A stretch of DNA of 48,709 bases from a virus (Duplodnaviria; Caudoviricetes). A program made the translations under genes and the position numbers. Positions 1 to 8,610 of this stretch are shown one piece after another. The stretch is taken from IMG/VR virus record IMGVR_UViG_3300022697_000048, positions 1 to 48,709 of that record; one strand, given 5' to 3'. Each line of letters begins with the position of its first letter. Within the stretch, counting starts at the first letter, position 1. The notes below the pieces were generated by a model. That model saw nothing but the letters and a program-made list of their open reading frames with translations. It did not search any database and had not been told where the DNA came from.

Positions 1-99
1 TCTTTTTTAACATCATCGCTGCTTGTCGCTGCTGCTGCTGGTGTTTCGTCGCTGCTTGTCGCTGCTGCTGCTGGTGTTTCGTCGCTGCTTGTCGCTGCT
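1..99. repeat. Terminal direct repeat, left copy (identical to 48611-48709); most likely a circular-assembly overlap
   Basis: Exact 99-bp identity between window start and end; a minus-strand ORF reads through the join in frame. Confidence 0.95.
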
Positions 100-275
100 G
101 GTGTTGTTCCATCGTTGCTAACCACCGCTATGTGTTCCTCAGATTTGAAACCTTGATAGTCTGAGTCATCTTCGCGGTAAAGGTTGCGCATTAACTCTAA
201 CTCACTTAATGCGTCGGTCATTGCGTGATAATTAGCGGCGAAACTGATAGTAAGTAATGTCGTAGCTTTTGTCAT
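1..275 (-). CDS. 5' part of join-spanning Pro/Ala-rich hypothetical protein (275..1 joined to 48610..48064, 273 aa)
   Basis: ATG at 275 with GAGGA RBS; reads MTKATTLL...TPAAAATSSDE repeats...KKDRKQRPHDLRIHSSGRTLYKSG, in frame with ORF 48064..48561; missed by the ORF track because of the join. Confidence 0.85.
   Translation of the reverse strand, partial: MTKATTLLTISFAANYHAMTDALSELELMRNLYREDDSDYQGFKSEEHIAVVSNDGTTPAATSSDETPAAAATSSDETPAAAATSSDDVKK
16..104. repeat. 33-bp coding tandem repeat, about 2.7 copies (TPAAAATSSDE)
   Basis: TCGCTGCTTGTCGCTGCTGCTGCTGGTGTTTCG at 16-48 and 49-81, partial third copy from 82. Confidence 0.9.
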
Positions 276-294
276 TCTGTTAATCCTCATATGG

Positions 295-335
295 TTGACA
301 CAAGCGATAATATGCTATATTGTCGTGACTGTCAA
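295..335. promoter_or_regulatory. Overlapping divergent sigma70-type promoters for the two replication operons
   Basis: Minus strand TTGACA(335-330)-17-TATTAT; plus strand TTGACA(295-300)-17-TATTGT or extended TGcTATATT; AGGAG RBS before thyX. Confidence 0.75.
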
Positions 336-351
336 CTAGGAGTGAGAAAAA

Positions 352-990
352 ATGAAAGTTACAACATTAGCCGCTACTATCGAAATTACAAACCACTTGA
401 AACCTGAAGAATACCTTATTGAATGCGCTCGTGTTTCATCACCAGAAAACCGCGCAAACCATGAAACAGCACCTAAATTATTAAACTACTTAATTAAGTC
501 TGGACATTGGTCACCGTTTGAAATGGTATCGTGTGCGTTTGAAATTGAAACCAGTCGCGCTATAGGTACACAACTATTACGACACAGATCGTTTTCATTC
601 CAAGAATATTCACAACGGTATGCCTTAGCGGAAAAATTCGAACCCATTGAGTTACGAATGCAGGCAGAAAAAAACCGGCAAAGCAGCACAGATGTATTGT
701 CGCAAAATAGTGAATTGTATGATGAGATTAATAACCATATACGACATAGCAAATGGTTATACGATAAACTTGTCCGTGAAGGTATAGCAAAGGAATGCGC
801 CCGCTTCGTGCTTCCTTTGTGTACACAAACAACTATAGTAATGCACGGCACGTTGCGTAGTTGGATACACTTTCTTGAACAACGATGTAGTGATCACGCG
901 CAAAAGGAGATACGTTTGATAGCCAAAAAAATAAAATACGAATTGTCGATAGAATACCCATGGACGGCCGAAGCACTTGGATGGACTTAA
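352..990 (+). CDS. thyX: FAD-dependent thymidylate synthase
   Basis: ThyX motif RHRSFSFQEYSQR, GHWSPFE, KECARFVLP, HAQKEIR. Confidence 0.95.
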   Translation: MKVTTLAATIEITNHLKPEEYLIECARVSSPENRANHETAPKLLNYLIKSGHWSPFEMVSCAFEIETSRAIGTQLLRHRSFSFQEYSQRYALAEKFEPIELRMQAEKNRQSSTDVLSQNSELYDEINNHIRHSKWLYDKLVREGIAKECARFVLPLCTQTTIVMHGTLRSWIHFLEQRCSDHAQKEIRLIAKKIKYELSIEYPWTAEALGWT

Positions 991-2720
991 GGCCACCTCA
1001 GTTATTAAAAGAAACGGCAATATACACTGCTTGGAATAACGGTTTTCGTAACATTGCGTCAATCGACGCTTGTGGGTCTGGTAAGACTGTACTAACAGCA
1101 AAGATATTCGAAAAACGAGACGCACCAATGTGTGTGATTGCGCACCGTCAAGAGCTTACGTGTCAAATGTCCACGGCTATGGCGGCCAATGGTGTTTATC
1201 ATCGTATTATCGGACCACGTGCGCTCATTAAACTAGTGGTACAAAACCATATGGACACCGTTGGTGCTAATTTTTACGATCCATCATCTAGAATAGCGGT
1301 AGCGGGTGTAGATACCCTTATACGTCGTAGAGCTGAATTAGCAGGGTGGGCCAAAACAGTTAGGTTATGGAGTATTGACGAGTGCCATCATTTACAACGT
1401 GCAAATAAATGGGGTAAGGCCGCGTTAATGTTTCCCGCTGATGCTGATGGGCTAGGTACAACAGCAACCCTTGAACGCGCTGACGGTCGTGGTTTAGGTC
1501 GTGATAATGATGGGTTATATGATATTATTCTCAACGGACCATCCCCACGCGACCAAATAAACGCGGGGTACTTAACAGATTACCGAATCCATTCAATTGA
1601 TGCTGAGAACTTTAATCGAAAAAATATCACTGTTGGTAATAATGGAGAATTTAGTAAAAACGCTGTTGATGAGGAAACACGCAATAGTGCAATAGTTGGT
1701 AATATTGTCGAACATTATTTACGCATAGCAAAAAATAAGCTAGCTGTAGTTTTCTTGCCTAACTGCGATGAGGCAGACAAAACAGCACGTGAATTTGTTG
1801 CCCATGGTGTGGCCGCTGCTGTCATCACGGCAAAAACACCAACCGCTGAACGTATTAGATTATTAGCAAAGTTTAAGAAACGTGAACTTTTAGTACTCGT
1901 TAACGTGGATTTGTTTGGTGAAGGGTTTGACTTACCGGCAATAGAGGTGGTGATTCTCGGTCGTGCTACTAATTCATATGGGTTATACCACCAACAATTT
2001 ATGCGCGCACTGCGATTGATGATAAGTGAATGGTTGTCTAAACGGTGGGGTAGTTTCACCGACAACGAGCGACTAAACTACATAGCTTGTAGCGAAAAGC
2101 CATACGCTATCGTCATTGACCATGTTGGCAACATCAACACTGAGCTGGGTGGACATGGACTACCTGATGAGGAACGAGTTTATACACTAGACCGTAAGCC
2201 TGTAAGTCAGCGTATTACCGACCCGGATGTGATACCAACACGACGGTGTTTAAATCCAGAATGTAATTCTGTGTATCAACGTATTCACAAGAGTTGTCCT
2301 TTTTGTGGCTTTGAACACATACCCATTAGCTATGCTAGTGTCGAACATGTTGACGGTGACTTAACTGAACTAGATGAACTGACACTAGCCCGAATGAGGG
2401 GTGAAGTTGAGAATGTTGATATGACATTAGTGGAATATCGGGCGTATATGGAAGCTAAACGAGCACCCTATATACACTCACATTTGAAACGTCATAAAGA
2501 GCAACAAGAAGCACTAGCAGCGTTACGTGCATCGATAAGCTGGTGGGGTGGTTTTCAACGCCATAAAAAACGTGATGATGCTGAGAGTTACCGCCGATTC
2601 TATTGGAAATTTGGGGTAGATGTATTATCAGCGCAATCACTAAAAACAGTAGAGTTATTTAAATTAACAACACAAATTAATGAGGTGTTATCAAATGAAT
2701 TTGACCGCGTGGGCCATTAA
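981..2720 (+). CDS. SF2 (DExH) DNA helicase with C-terminal Cys4 zinc finger
   Basis: Q-motif LRPPQ, Walker A GSGKT, DECHH, TAT, GEGFDLP, QQFMRALR, CLNPEC...CPFCG; ATG at 981 preferred over 960. Confidence 0.9.
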   Translation: MDLRPPQLLKETAIYTAWNNGFRNIASIDACGSGKTVLTAKIFEKRDAPMCVIAHRQELTCQMSTAMAANGVYHRIIGPRALIKLVVQNHMDTVGANFYDPSSRIAVAGVDTLIRRRAELAGWAKTVRLWSIDECHHLQRANKWGKAALMFPADADGLGTTATLERADGRGLGRDNDGLYDIILNGPSPRDQINAGYLTDYRIHSIDAENFNRKNITVGNNGEFSKNAVDEETRNSAIVGNIVEHYLRIAKNKLAVVFLPNCDEADKTAREFVAHGVAAAVITAKTPTAERIRLLAKFKKRELLVLVNVDLFGEGFDLPAIEVVILGRATNSYGLYHQQFMRALRLMISEWLSKRWGSFTDNERLNYIACSEKPYAIVIDHVGNINTELGGHGLPDEERVYTLDRKPVSQRITDPDVIPTRRCLNPECNSVYQRIHKSCPFCGFEHIPISYASVEHVDGDLTELDELTLARMRGEVENVDMTLVEYRAYMEAKRAPYIHSHLKRHKEQQEALAALRASISWWGGFQRHKKRDDAESYRRFYWKFGVDVLSAQSLKTVELFKLTTQINEVLSNEFDRVGH

Positions 2721-3168
2721 ATGGGGTGTGTCAATCGATGCCATTAATGAAATGCGTAGAGAGCTTGGTATAGTATATCAACCCCCTATTGAAACGGATG
2801 GGATGAGTGAGGCGGCCGTATCATCAAGGGTGATGCTTGAAGCAAGTGAAAAGGGTATATGGCTACTACGCAACAATGTTGGTGGGGGTAAACTTGTCAA
2901 AGGTGGGTTCGTACGTTGGGGTTTAGCGAATGAAAGTAAGGCACAAAATAAAATAATTAAGTCATCTGATTTGATTGGTATTCGTCCACTGTTAATAACA
3001 CGTTCAATGGTGGGTAGCATAATCGGTCAATTTGTAGCACGTGAAACAAAACCAGAAAACTGGCACTATAAGGCTACTGAACATGAAATAGCACAATTAG
3101 CATTTATCAACAAAGCGGTATCACTTGGTGCCGATGCCAAATTCACTAACAAGGTAGGTTCATTATGA
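2695..3168 (+). CDS. VRR-NUC / PD-(D/E)XK nuclease
   Basis: SE...LLRNNVG...SSDLIGI...ARETK...Q.AFI pattern; follows the helicase. Confidence 0.8.
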   Translation: MNLTAWAIKWGVSIDAINEMRRELGIVYQPPIETDGMSEAAVSSRVMLEASEKGIWLLRNNVGGGKLVKGGFVRWGLANESKAQNKIIKSSDLIGIRPLLITRSMVGSIIGQFVARETKPENWHYKATEHEIAQLAFINKAVSLGADAKFTNKVGSL

Positions 3169-3623
3169 TTAATTGTATACTTTATTTTATCAGCGGATTT
3201 TTCCCATGTCGTATCATTATGGTAAACGACAAACCATATCTAGAGCGGTACTTTATTACTGATAAAATATTCATTCATCGTTTCCTGTCATCTGATGGTG
3301 ATAGACATGTACACGACCACCCATGGTATTGGGCATTTAGTATTATTTTAACAGGTAAGTACCATGAAGAACTATTGGATAATGAGCAAGAATCATGTAA
3401 ATGGTTTAACTTTATCTCTAGTACACATATGCACCGAATCACTTGGATTAAACCTAATACATGGACATTATTTGTTACTAGTAAACGCACATTTAATGGG
3501 TGGGGTTTTCTCAATAATGAAACAGGTAAGTATATCAAAGCCGATAGCCCATCTGATTCTGAAACATACACGCGCTATCGTTACCCACTAGGTAAAAACT
3601 GTAAAGATAGAAAACCATTGTGA
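3165..3623 (+). CDS. Cupin-fold (HDHPW) putative metal-binding protein
   Basis: FIHRF.SSDGDRHVHDHPW...SIILTGKYHE...HRI...WTLF...WGF. Confidence 0.7.
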   Translation: MINCILYFISGFFPCRIIMVNDKPYLERYFITDKIFIHRFLSSDGDRHVHDHPWYWAFSIILTGKYHEELLDNEQESCKWFNFISSTHMHRITWIKPNTWTLFVTSKRTFNGWGFLNNETGKYIKADSPSDSETYTRYRYPLGKNCKDRKPL

Positions 3624-3841
3624 TTATTTACGCCACCCTTTATGATCGGATTGCAGGTCGTATTATTGGTGAATCAGTAGATAGTGGGTTTGAGTCTATC
3701 GATCAAGTAATTAAAGAAATTTACGCACGGTTTCATTGTGCAGAAAATAAACGCTACGTATGTTACAACATGGATACTATAGATATATATTTTAGTGATT
3801 TTCCATTTTATTTTGAGCATCCAAATTATGAAAAATGTTAA
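3620..3841 (+). CDS. Hypothetical protein
   Basis: GTGA overlap with the upstream gene; operon-style packing. Confidence 0.6.
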   Translation: MIIYATLYDRIAGRIIGESVDSGFESIDQVIKEIYARFHCAENKRYVCYNMDTIDIYFSDFPFYFEHPNYEKC

Positions 3842-4319
3842 ACAAATTGCAATAGGAATGGTGCGTAAAAATGGGTTGATTAACCTATCGTGTAGTGAGT
3901 TATGTAACGCGGCCGGTATTGCCCAAGGTTCATGGGTGCATGTGATGGGTTGTACATTCTGTGAATTTATTGACGAGCTAAAAAAGGATAATATTGAAAG
4001 CAAGCTGAACCATAAGGTTATTAAGACACGCACAAACCCTGCATTGCGTAGGGAACATATATTGATTGCTGCATTGAAACTAGCTGAGAAAACTGGTGTG
4101 CATAACCTTCAGCGTCAATACATAGCTAATGAGGCTGGAATATCATCATCGCTCGTTAGTTACCATTTCGGTACGATGATACAGTTGAAACGTACCGTAT
4201 TACGTGCAGCAATAAAACGAGAAATAATACCAATTATCTACCACGCTATTAAGCACAACGACAATGGTGTTAAAAAACTATCGTTAAAACTAAGGACAAA
4301 GGTAATGTTATGCAAATGA
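3828..4319 (+). CDS. Transcriptional regulator with two TetR-type HTH domains
   Basis: Clear TetR HTH RREHILIAALKLAEKTG...IANEAGISSSLVSYHFGT, plus a degenerate N-terminal copy LSCSELCNAAGIAQGSWVHVMG. Confidence 0.75.
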   Translation: MKNVKQIAIGMVRKNGLINLSCSELCNAAGIAQGSWVHVMGCTFCEFIDELKKDNIESKLNHKVIKTRTNPALRREHILIAALKLAEKTGVHNLQRQYIANEAGISSSLVSYHFGTMIQLKRTVLRAAIKREIIPIIYHAIKHNDNGVKKLSLKLRTKVMLCK

Positions 4320-4411
4320 GTACGGAAGGTAGCTTAATATTCTGGTTTATTTTCGGAATAGTTAACCTAGCAGGGTTTATACTTAGTTTAATGTTCCCAT
4401 CTTGTGGATGA
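4316..4411 (+). CDS. 31-aa single-TM small protein
   Basis: MSTEGSLIFWFIFGIVNLAGFILSLMFPSCG; ATGA overlap with the TetR stop; fills the gap to the primase. Confidence 0.6.
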   Translation: MSTEGSLIFWFIFGIVNLAGFILSLMFPSCG

Positions 4412-7004
4412 ACTACCAACAGCGTTAGCACCTTTATCAACGTATAAACAGTTTCTAGTTTATAAAATTGTTCCACGCGATGACGGCAAAACGGACAAGC
4501 TACCAATCAACCCCTACACATTACAGATCATGCCAAAGGGGTCAGATTGGCATAATAAACCGGAATACTTAACAACGAGCGCCGACGCGATTATCAAGGC
4601 CGCAATGTGTGGTCCTAGTTACGGTGTGGCCTTTCTGCTTACTGTTAATGATCCGTTTTTCTTATTAGACCTAGATGGGTGCTTGATCAACGGCAAGTGG
4701 TCCCCAACAGCAGTAACATTATGTGACAAGTTAGACGGTGCAGCCGTTGAAGTGTCGTGTTCTGGTGCAGGTTTACATATCATTGGCTCAGGTGTTGTCC
4801 CCGATCATAGTTGCAAACATAATGACCTAGGTATCGAGTTGTACACCGAACGTCGCATGATATCGTTAACCGGTACCCAAGCACATGGATCAGCCGACAT
4901 TGATTGTAGTGTTGTTATGTCAGCAATCGTAGCCGCTTATTTCCCACCGGTTAACGTATTATTTAATGCTACATGGACCACTAAACCACGTGATGAGTGG
5001 ACTAGTCCGGGTGATAACAAAAAACTACTTGAAAAGGCAATAGCATCATCAAGTAACGCTGTTAAATTTGGTACCGCTGCTAGTTTTAACGACTTGTGGA
5101 CATGTAATGTCGAGGTACTTGATACTATGTACCCCCCATTAAGTAAGAGTTGCTCATATGACCGCTCAACAGCAGACGCCGCACTTGCTCAACACTTAGC
5201 GTTCTGGTGTGGTTGTAATTGTGACCACATATGGGAACTGATGTGGATGTCAGCGTTAAAACGTGAAAAATGGAACTGGCACGATACGTATCTACAGGAC
5301 ACTATTACTAGAGCGATATCATTACAATCAGTAGTTTATACTAGTGGCAACAAGGAACGTGTTAAAAGCGCGTTCGATGTTCCTAAACTCAACGGATCAC
5401 CTGAACAAGTGTTATGGGCCGAGAGTATCCGCGAAGAAAAACTACTTTCGTGTGGTGATGATCAAGCAATGATTGACACCCTATGTCTCAACCATGGACC
5501 TGCTACCATGGCGGGATTTTGGATTGATAAAAAAGAGTTACCCGCTACTGAACTAGTTGCACGTGCTGAACCGGCACCTATCATGAAAACTAACAATGTA
5601 TTGAACGATGGTCCAATTTTTACAACAGGGTTCCAATACATGTCGCTTGATAAGCAAGCACAACATTTTAATGGTTGCGTTTACATACAAGACGTTAACC
5701 AAGTGTTTACACCAACGGGCGCGCTGCTTAAAACTGAACAATTCAACGTTACATACGGTGGGTATATGTTCCAGATGAGTGAGGAACGTGAAAGTAAACC
5801 TACGGATAAGGCGTACAAGGCGTTCACTGAATCACCCGGCATACGATATGAAATGGCACAAGCTGTATCATTACGGCCAGACTTACCGGAAGGAAAGTTA
5901 TACAGTGATGAGGGAACGGTGTATATGAATTCCTATATTGCAGTTAACACAGAACAAGTGGAGGGTGATTGTAGCCGGTTTTTTGAACACATGAATAAAC
6001 TGATACCCAACAAGCGTGATCAAGTCATATTGACATCATACATGGCGGCAGTTGTGCAACATAAAGGGCATAAGTTCCAATGGTCACCGGTAATACAAGG
6101 GGTGCAGGGGAACGGTAAAACACTATTTACTCGTTGTGTTGCATTCTGTATCGGTAAAAAGTATTACCATGCGCCGTTTGCAAGTGAAATAACTGAAAAG
6201 TTCAACGACTGGTTGTTTGAAAACATATTCATTGGCATCGAAGACATCGTGATTGCTGACAACAAACAAGATGTAATGAATATACTAAAACCAATGATAT
6301 CCAATGATCAACTAGCAATGCGGGCAATGCAATCAAGCCAAAAGCTACGTAGTTGTTGCGCTAATTTTATGTTGAACATGAACCCTAAAACCGGTTTCCG
6401 TATTGAACCGAATGAACGGCGGTACGCACCGTTTTACACAGCACAACAAAGCGCTGAGGATATCCAGCGTGATGGGTTGGATGGTAATTACTTCCCCGAA
6501 TTATACACATGGTTACGCAATGGTGGTTATGCAAACATAAACTATTATTTAAACCACTACGACATACCCACAGACTTTAACCCTGCTGTAACTGCTGGCG
6601 GTAAGTGCTCAATTGCCCCACATACTAGTAGCACAATTGAGGCACAAGTAAACTCGTTGGGTGCTGTTGAGCAAGAGATAGTGGAAGCGGTAGAACAGGG
6701 TCAAATGGGGTTTAGTGGTGGTTGGATATCATCAACACATTTAGACAAATTGTTAATGAATCTTAACCTTCAGCGTAGAATATCACATAACAGGCGTAGA
6801 GCAATACTCAGTGTGTTAGGGTATGAAATACACCCATCGCTTACAAACGGTCGTGTGAACAACGTTATCCCCTGTGATGCCGCAAAATCTCGGTTATTTG
6901 TACACAACAGTAATGAAAGTAAAAACCTGACCATAGTATCTGAGATAGTCAAAGCGTACGAAATGGCACAACCTATGCCACAAAACCAATTCACCCAAAG
7001 CTGA
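4404..7004 (+). CDS. Primase-polymerase / SF3 helicase fusion (NrS-1-polymerase-like architecture)
   Basis: AEP motifs LDLDGC, EVSCSGAGLHII, IELY; helical bundle DRSTADAALAQHLAFWCG...REKW; Walker A GVQGNGKT, FNDWL, ERRY. Confidence 0.85.
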   Translation: MDELPTALAPLSTYKQFLVYKIVPRDDGKTDKLPINPYTLQIMPKGSDWHNKPEYLTTSADAIIKAAMCGPSYGVAFLLTVNDPFFLLDLDGCLINGKWSPTAVTLCDKLDGAAVEVSCSGAGLHIIGSGVVPDHSCKHNDLGIELYTERRMISLTGTQAHGSADIDCSVVMSAIVAAYFPPVNVLFNATWTTKPRDEWTSPGDNKKLLEKAIASSSNAVKFGTAASFNDLWTCNVEVLDTMYPPLSKSCSYDRSTADAALAQHLAFWCGCNCDHIWELMWMSALKREKWNWHDTYLQDTITRAISLQSVVYTSGNKERVKSAFDVPKLNGSPEQVLWAESIREEKLLSCGDDQAMIDTLCLNHGPATMAGFWIDKKELPATELVARAEPAPIMKTNNVLNDGPIFTTGFQYMSLDKQAQHFNGCVYIQDVNQVFTPTGALLKTEQFNVTYGGYMFQMSEERESKPTDKAYKAFTESPGIRYEMAQAVSLRPDLPEGKLYSDEGTVYMNSYIAVNTEQVEGDCSRFFEHMNKLIPNKRDQVILTSYMAAVVQHKGHKFQWSPVIQGVQGNGKTLFTRCVAFCIGKKYYHAPFASEITEKFNDWLFENIFIGIEDIVIADNKQDVMNILKPMISNDQLAMRAMQSSQKLRSCCANFMLNMNPKTGFRIEPNERRYAPFYTAQQSAEDIQRDGLDGNYFPELYTWLRNGGYANINYYLNHYDIPTDFNPAVTAGGKCSIAPHTSSTIEAQVNSLGAVEQEIVEAVEQGQMGFSGGWISSTHLDKLLMNLNLQRRISHNRRRAILSVLGYEIHPSLTNGRVNNVIPCDAAKSRLFVHNSNESKNLTIVSEIVKAYEMAQPMPQNQFTQS

Positions 7005-7014
7005 TTATTTTATG

Positions 7015-7044
7015 TTGACACAGTGACACGATTCGTGACATATT
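7015..7044 (+). promoter_or_regulatory. Probable sigma70 promoter with operator half-site
   Basis: TTGACA-CAGTGACACGATTCGTGA-CATATT directly after the primase stop. Confidence 0.55.
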
Positions 7045-7068
7045 TAATACAGACATAGGGGTAAAACA

Positions 7069-7161
7069 ATGGTTGTGTTGGTATTCATCGGATGTGTAGT
7101 TACAGCAGGGTTAATATCAATACCTGTTATACGATTTTATAGGTTAATAACATCATGTTAG
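7069..7161 (+). CDS. 30-aa single-TM small protein
   Basis: AGGGGT RBS; MVVLVFIGCVVTAGLISIPVIRFYRLITSC. Confidence 0.55.
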   Translation: MVVLVFIGCVVTAGLISIPVIRFYRLITSC

Positions 7162-7808
7162 CATTTACAGATACACGATACACGAAAGAACATTACGCAA
7201 AAAAACTGATTGCGTTCGTAGATAATAATGTGTTAAGTCGTGAAAACTCTACGGTACGTTATATGTTGGGTGAGTATGATACTGACTTATTCGGTGTGGG
7301 TTTCGGTGTACCGTACTGGTTCGAAGAAGTGATTAACCTGATACATACTAATTGTGTTGATACCTTTTGGAATACGTTTACAACACGGTGGATGTCAGCA
7401 ATCGGTGAAGGTGTTGACATTGAACCACTTCGGTTATTATTATTGATACATATTCAAAAAGAAAATATAAACCGGTTATCATTAGACTCTAATAATGTCT
7501 ACATTATTAAAAAGATGTACAAGGTGGTGGAAGTATTACAAATGGCTGTTGATGCTGAGAATGGTGGTAGAAGGTTAGACGTATTAGTTAATCAGAATAT
7601 GCAGCTAACACGACTGATGGTGTCACCTCTTGTAAACAACTGTACACCATCATCACGGCCTTATGTTCTTTCCGCGTTAGAGGTATTCAAAAATGAAACG
7701 CATTCGGTAGCACGTGCCATACGGTTTGCACATACTCACAGTTCACCCGCTATTAATAATATAATGGGTAATAAGATTATAGAATTACTTGGAGACTTAA
7801 AAAAATGA
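7155..7808 (+). CDS. Hypothetical protein
   Basis: 217-aa ORF, AGGT RBS, operon packing. Confidence 0.75.
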   Translation: MLAFTDTRYTKEHYAKKLIAFVDNNVLSRENSTVRYMLGEYDTDLFGVGFGVPYWFEEVINLIHTNCVDTFWNTFTTRWMSAIGEGVDIEPLRLLLLIHIQKENINRLSLDSNNVYIIKKMYKVVEVLQMAVDAENGGRRLDVLVNQNMQLTRLMVSPLVNNCTPSSRPYVLSALEVFKNETHSVARAIRFAHTHSSPAINNIMGNKIIELLGDLKK

Positions 7809-7987
7809 TAAAACATTGTAGGTATTTTTTTATATGGTTGGTTATAACGTTGGTGGTTGGTATAGGTGCTACAAACGCGACTGAAAAAACAACCATTGTA
7901 GCGAGTGGTATTCTATTAGCTGTTTGTGCTGGTATTACACTAACGTTCGCAATTCTTGTAATAATAGGTGTGAGGAAAGAACAATGA
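7805..7987 (+). CDS. Small two-TM membrane protein
   Basis: GGAG RBS; two hydrophobic segments. Confidence 0.7.
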   Translation: MIKHCRYFFIWLVITLVVGIGATNATEKTTIVASGILLAVCAGITLTFAILVIIGVRKEQ

Positions 7988-8193
7988 AAGTATTTATGTT
8001 AACAATAATACTAACAATGCCCAACGGTGATCAAGTCAAGTGGCCGGGTGTCATGGGTGCAAGTGATAAGCAATCGTGTGTTGCTCTTGTTCGATACATT
8101 TCATCAGGTTTAGGTATTATGGGTATGAGTGGAAAACTACAATACAAGTGTGAACCTGCAAAACTAGTACCCAAGCCAAAACACATCACATGA
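7984..8193 (+). CDS. Hypothetical protein
   Basis: GAGG RBS and ATGA overlap at 7984. Confidence 0.65.
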   Translation: MKVFMLTIILTMPNGDQVKWPGVMGASDKQSCVALVRYISSGLGIMGMSGKLQYKCEPAKLVPKPKHIT

Positions 8194-8471
8194 TAATGCA
8201 TAGTGTAGAGGTTACCCGCACCGGCACCGTTGAAAAACTGTGTAATATGTCTATGGAAATACGCAGAATATACAGGGTTAACAACGATTGTGGGCAACCG
8301 TACAAGTTGGTGTTCGTAAAGCAATTGGGTAATAAGTATTATTTTTTCAACCCACACACATTGCTAGAACAAACATTCCATGGCAGTTGTTCAGCACGTG
8401 AAACTAATCTATATTTAGATAAGGTGGCTATCTGTGAATTTTCGATTAGTAATCCCTCCCAAGTCGTTTGA
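8190..8471 (+). CDS. Hypothetical protein
   Basis: ATGA overlap with the upstream gene. Confidence 0.6.
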   Translation: MIMHSVEVTRTGTVEKLCNMSMEIRRIYRVNNDCGQPYKLVFVKQLGNKYYFFNPHTLLEQTFHGSCSARETNLYLDKVAICEFSISNPSQVV

Positions 8472-8610
8472 GTTTATTAAAGAGAACGGTAATGAAATAC
8501 AGAAAGTTAACATTGATGCGTTGCTTAGACATTTAAAAGCTGCTGAAAAACACGCTGAGTTTCTACAGGCGACATTAAAAGATATTTACATAAAAGGAAT
8601 AAAACGATGA
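8434..8610 (+). CDS. Hypothetical 58-aa protein (not in ORF track)
   Basis: AAGGTGG RBS, GTG start; stop overlaps the ATG of the next gene. Confidence 0.55.
   Translation: MNFRLVIPPKSFEFIKENGNEIQKVNIDALLRHLKAAEKHAEFLQATLKDIYIKGIKR

Noticed and set aside
1-104. Chi-site cluster (GCTGGTGT)
   Set aside because: Does not match GCTGGTGG and is explained by Thr-Pro-Ala codons on the minus strand
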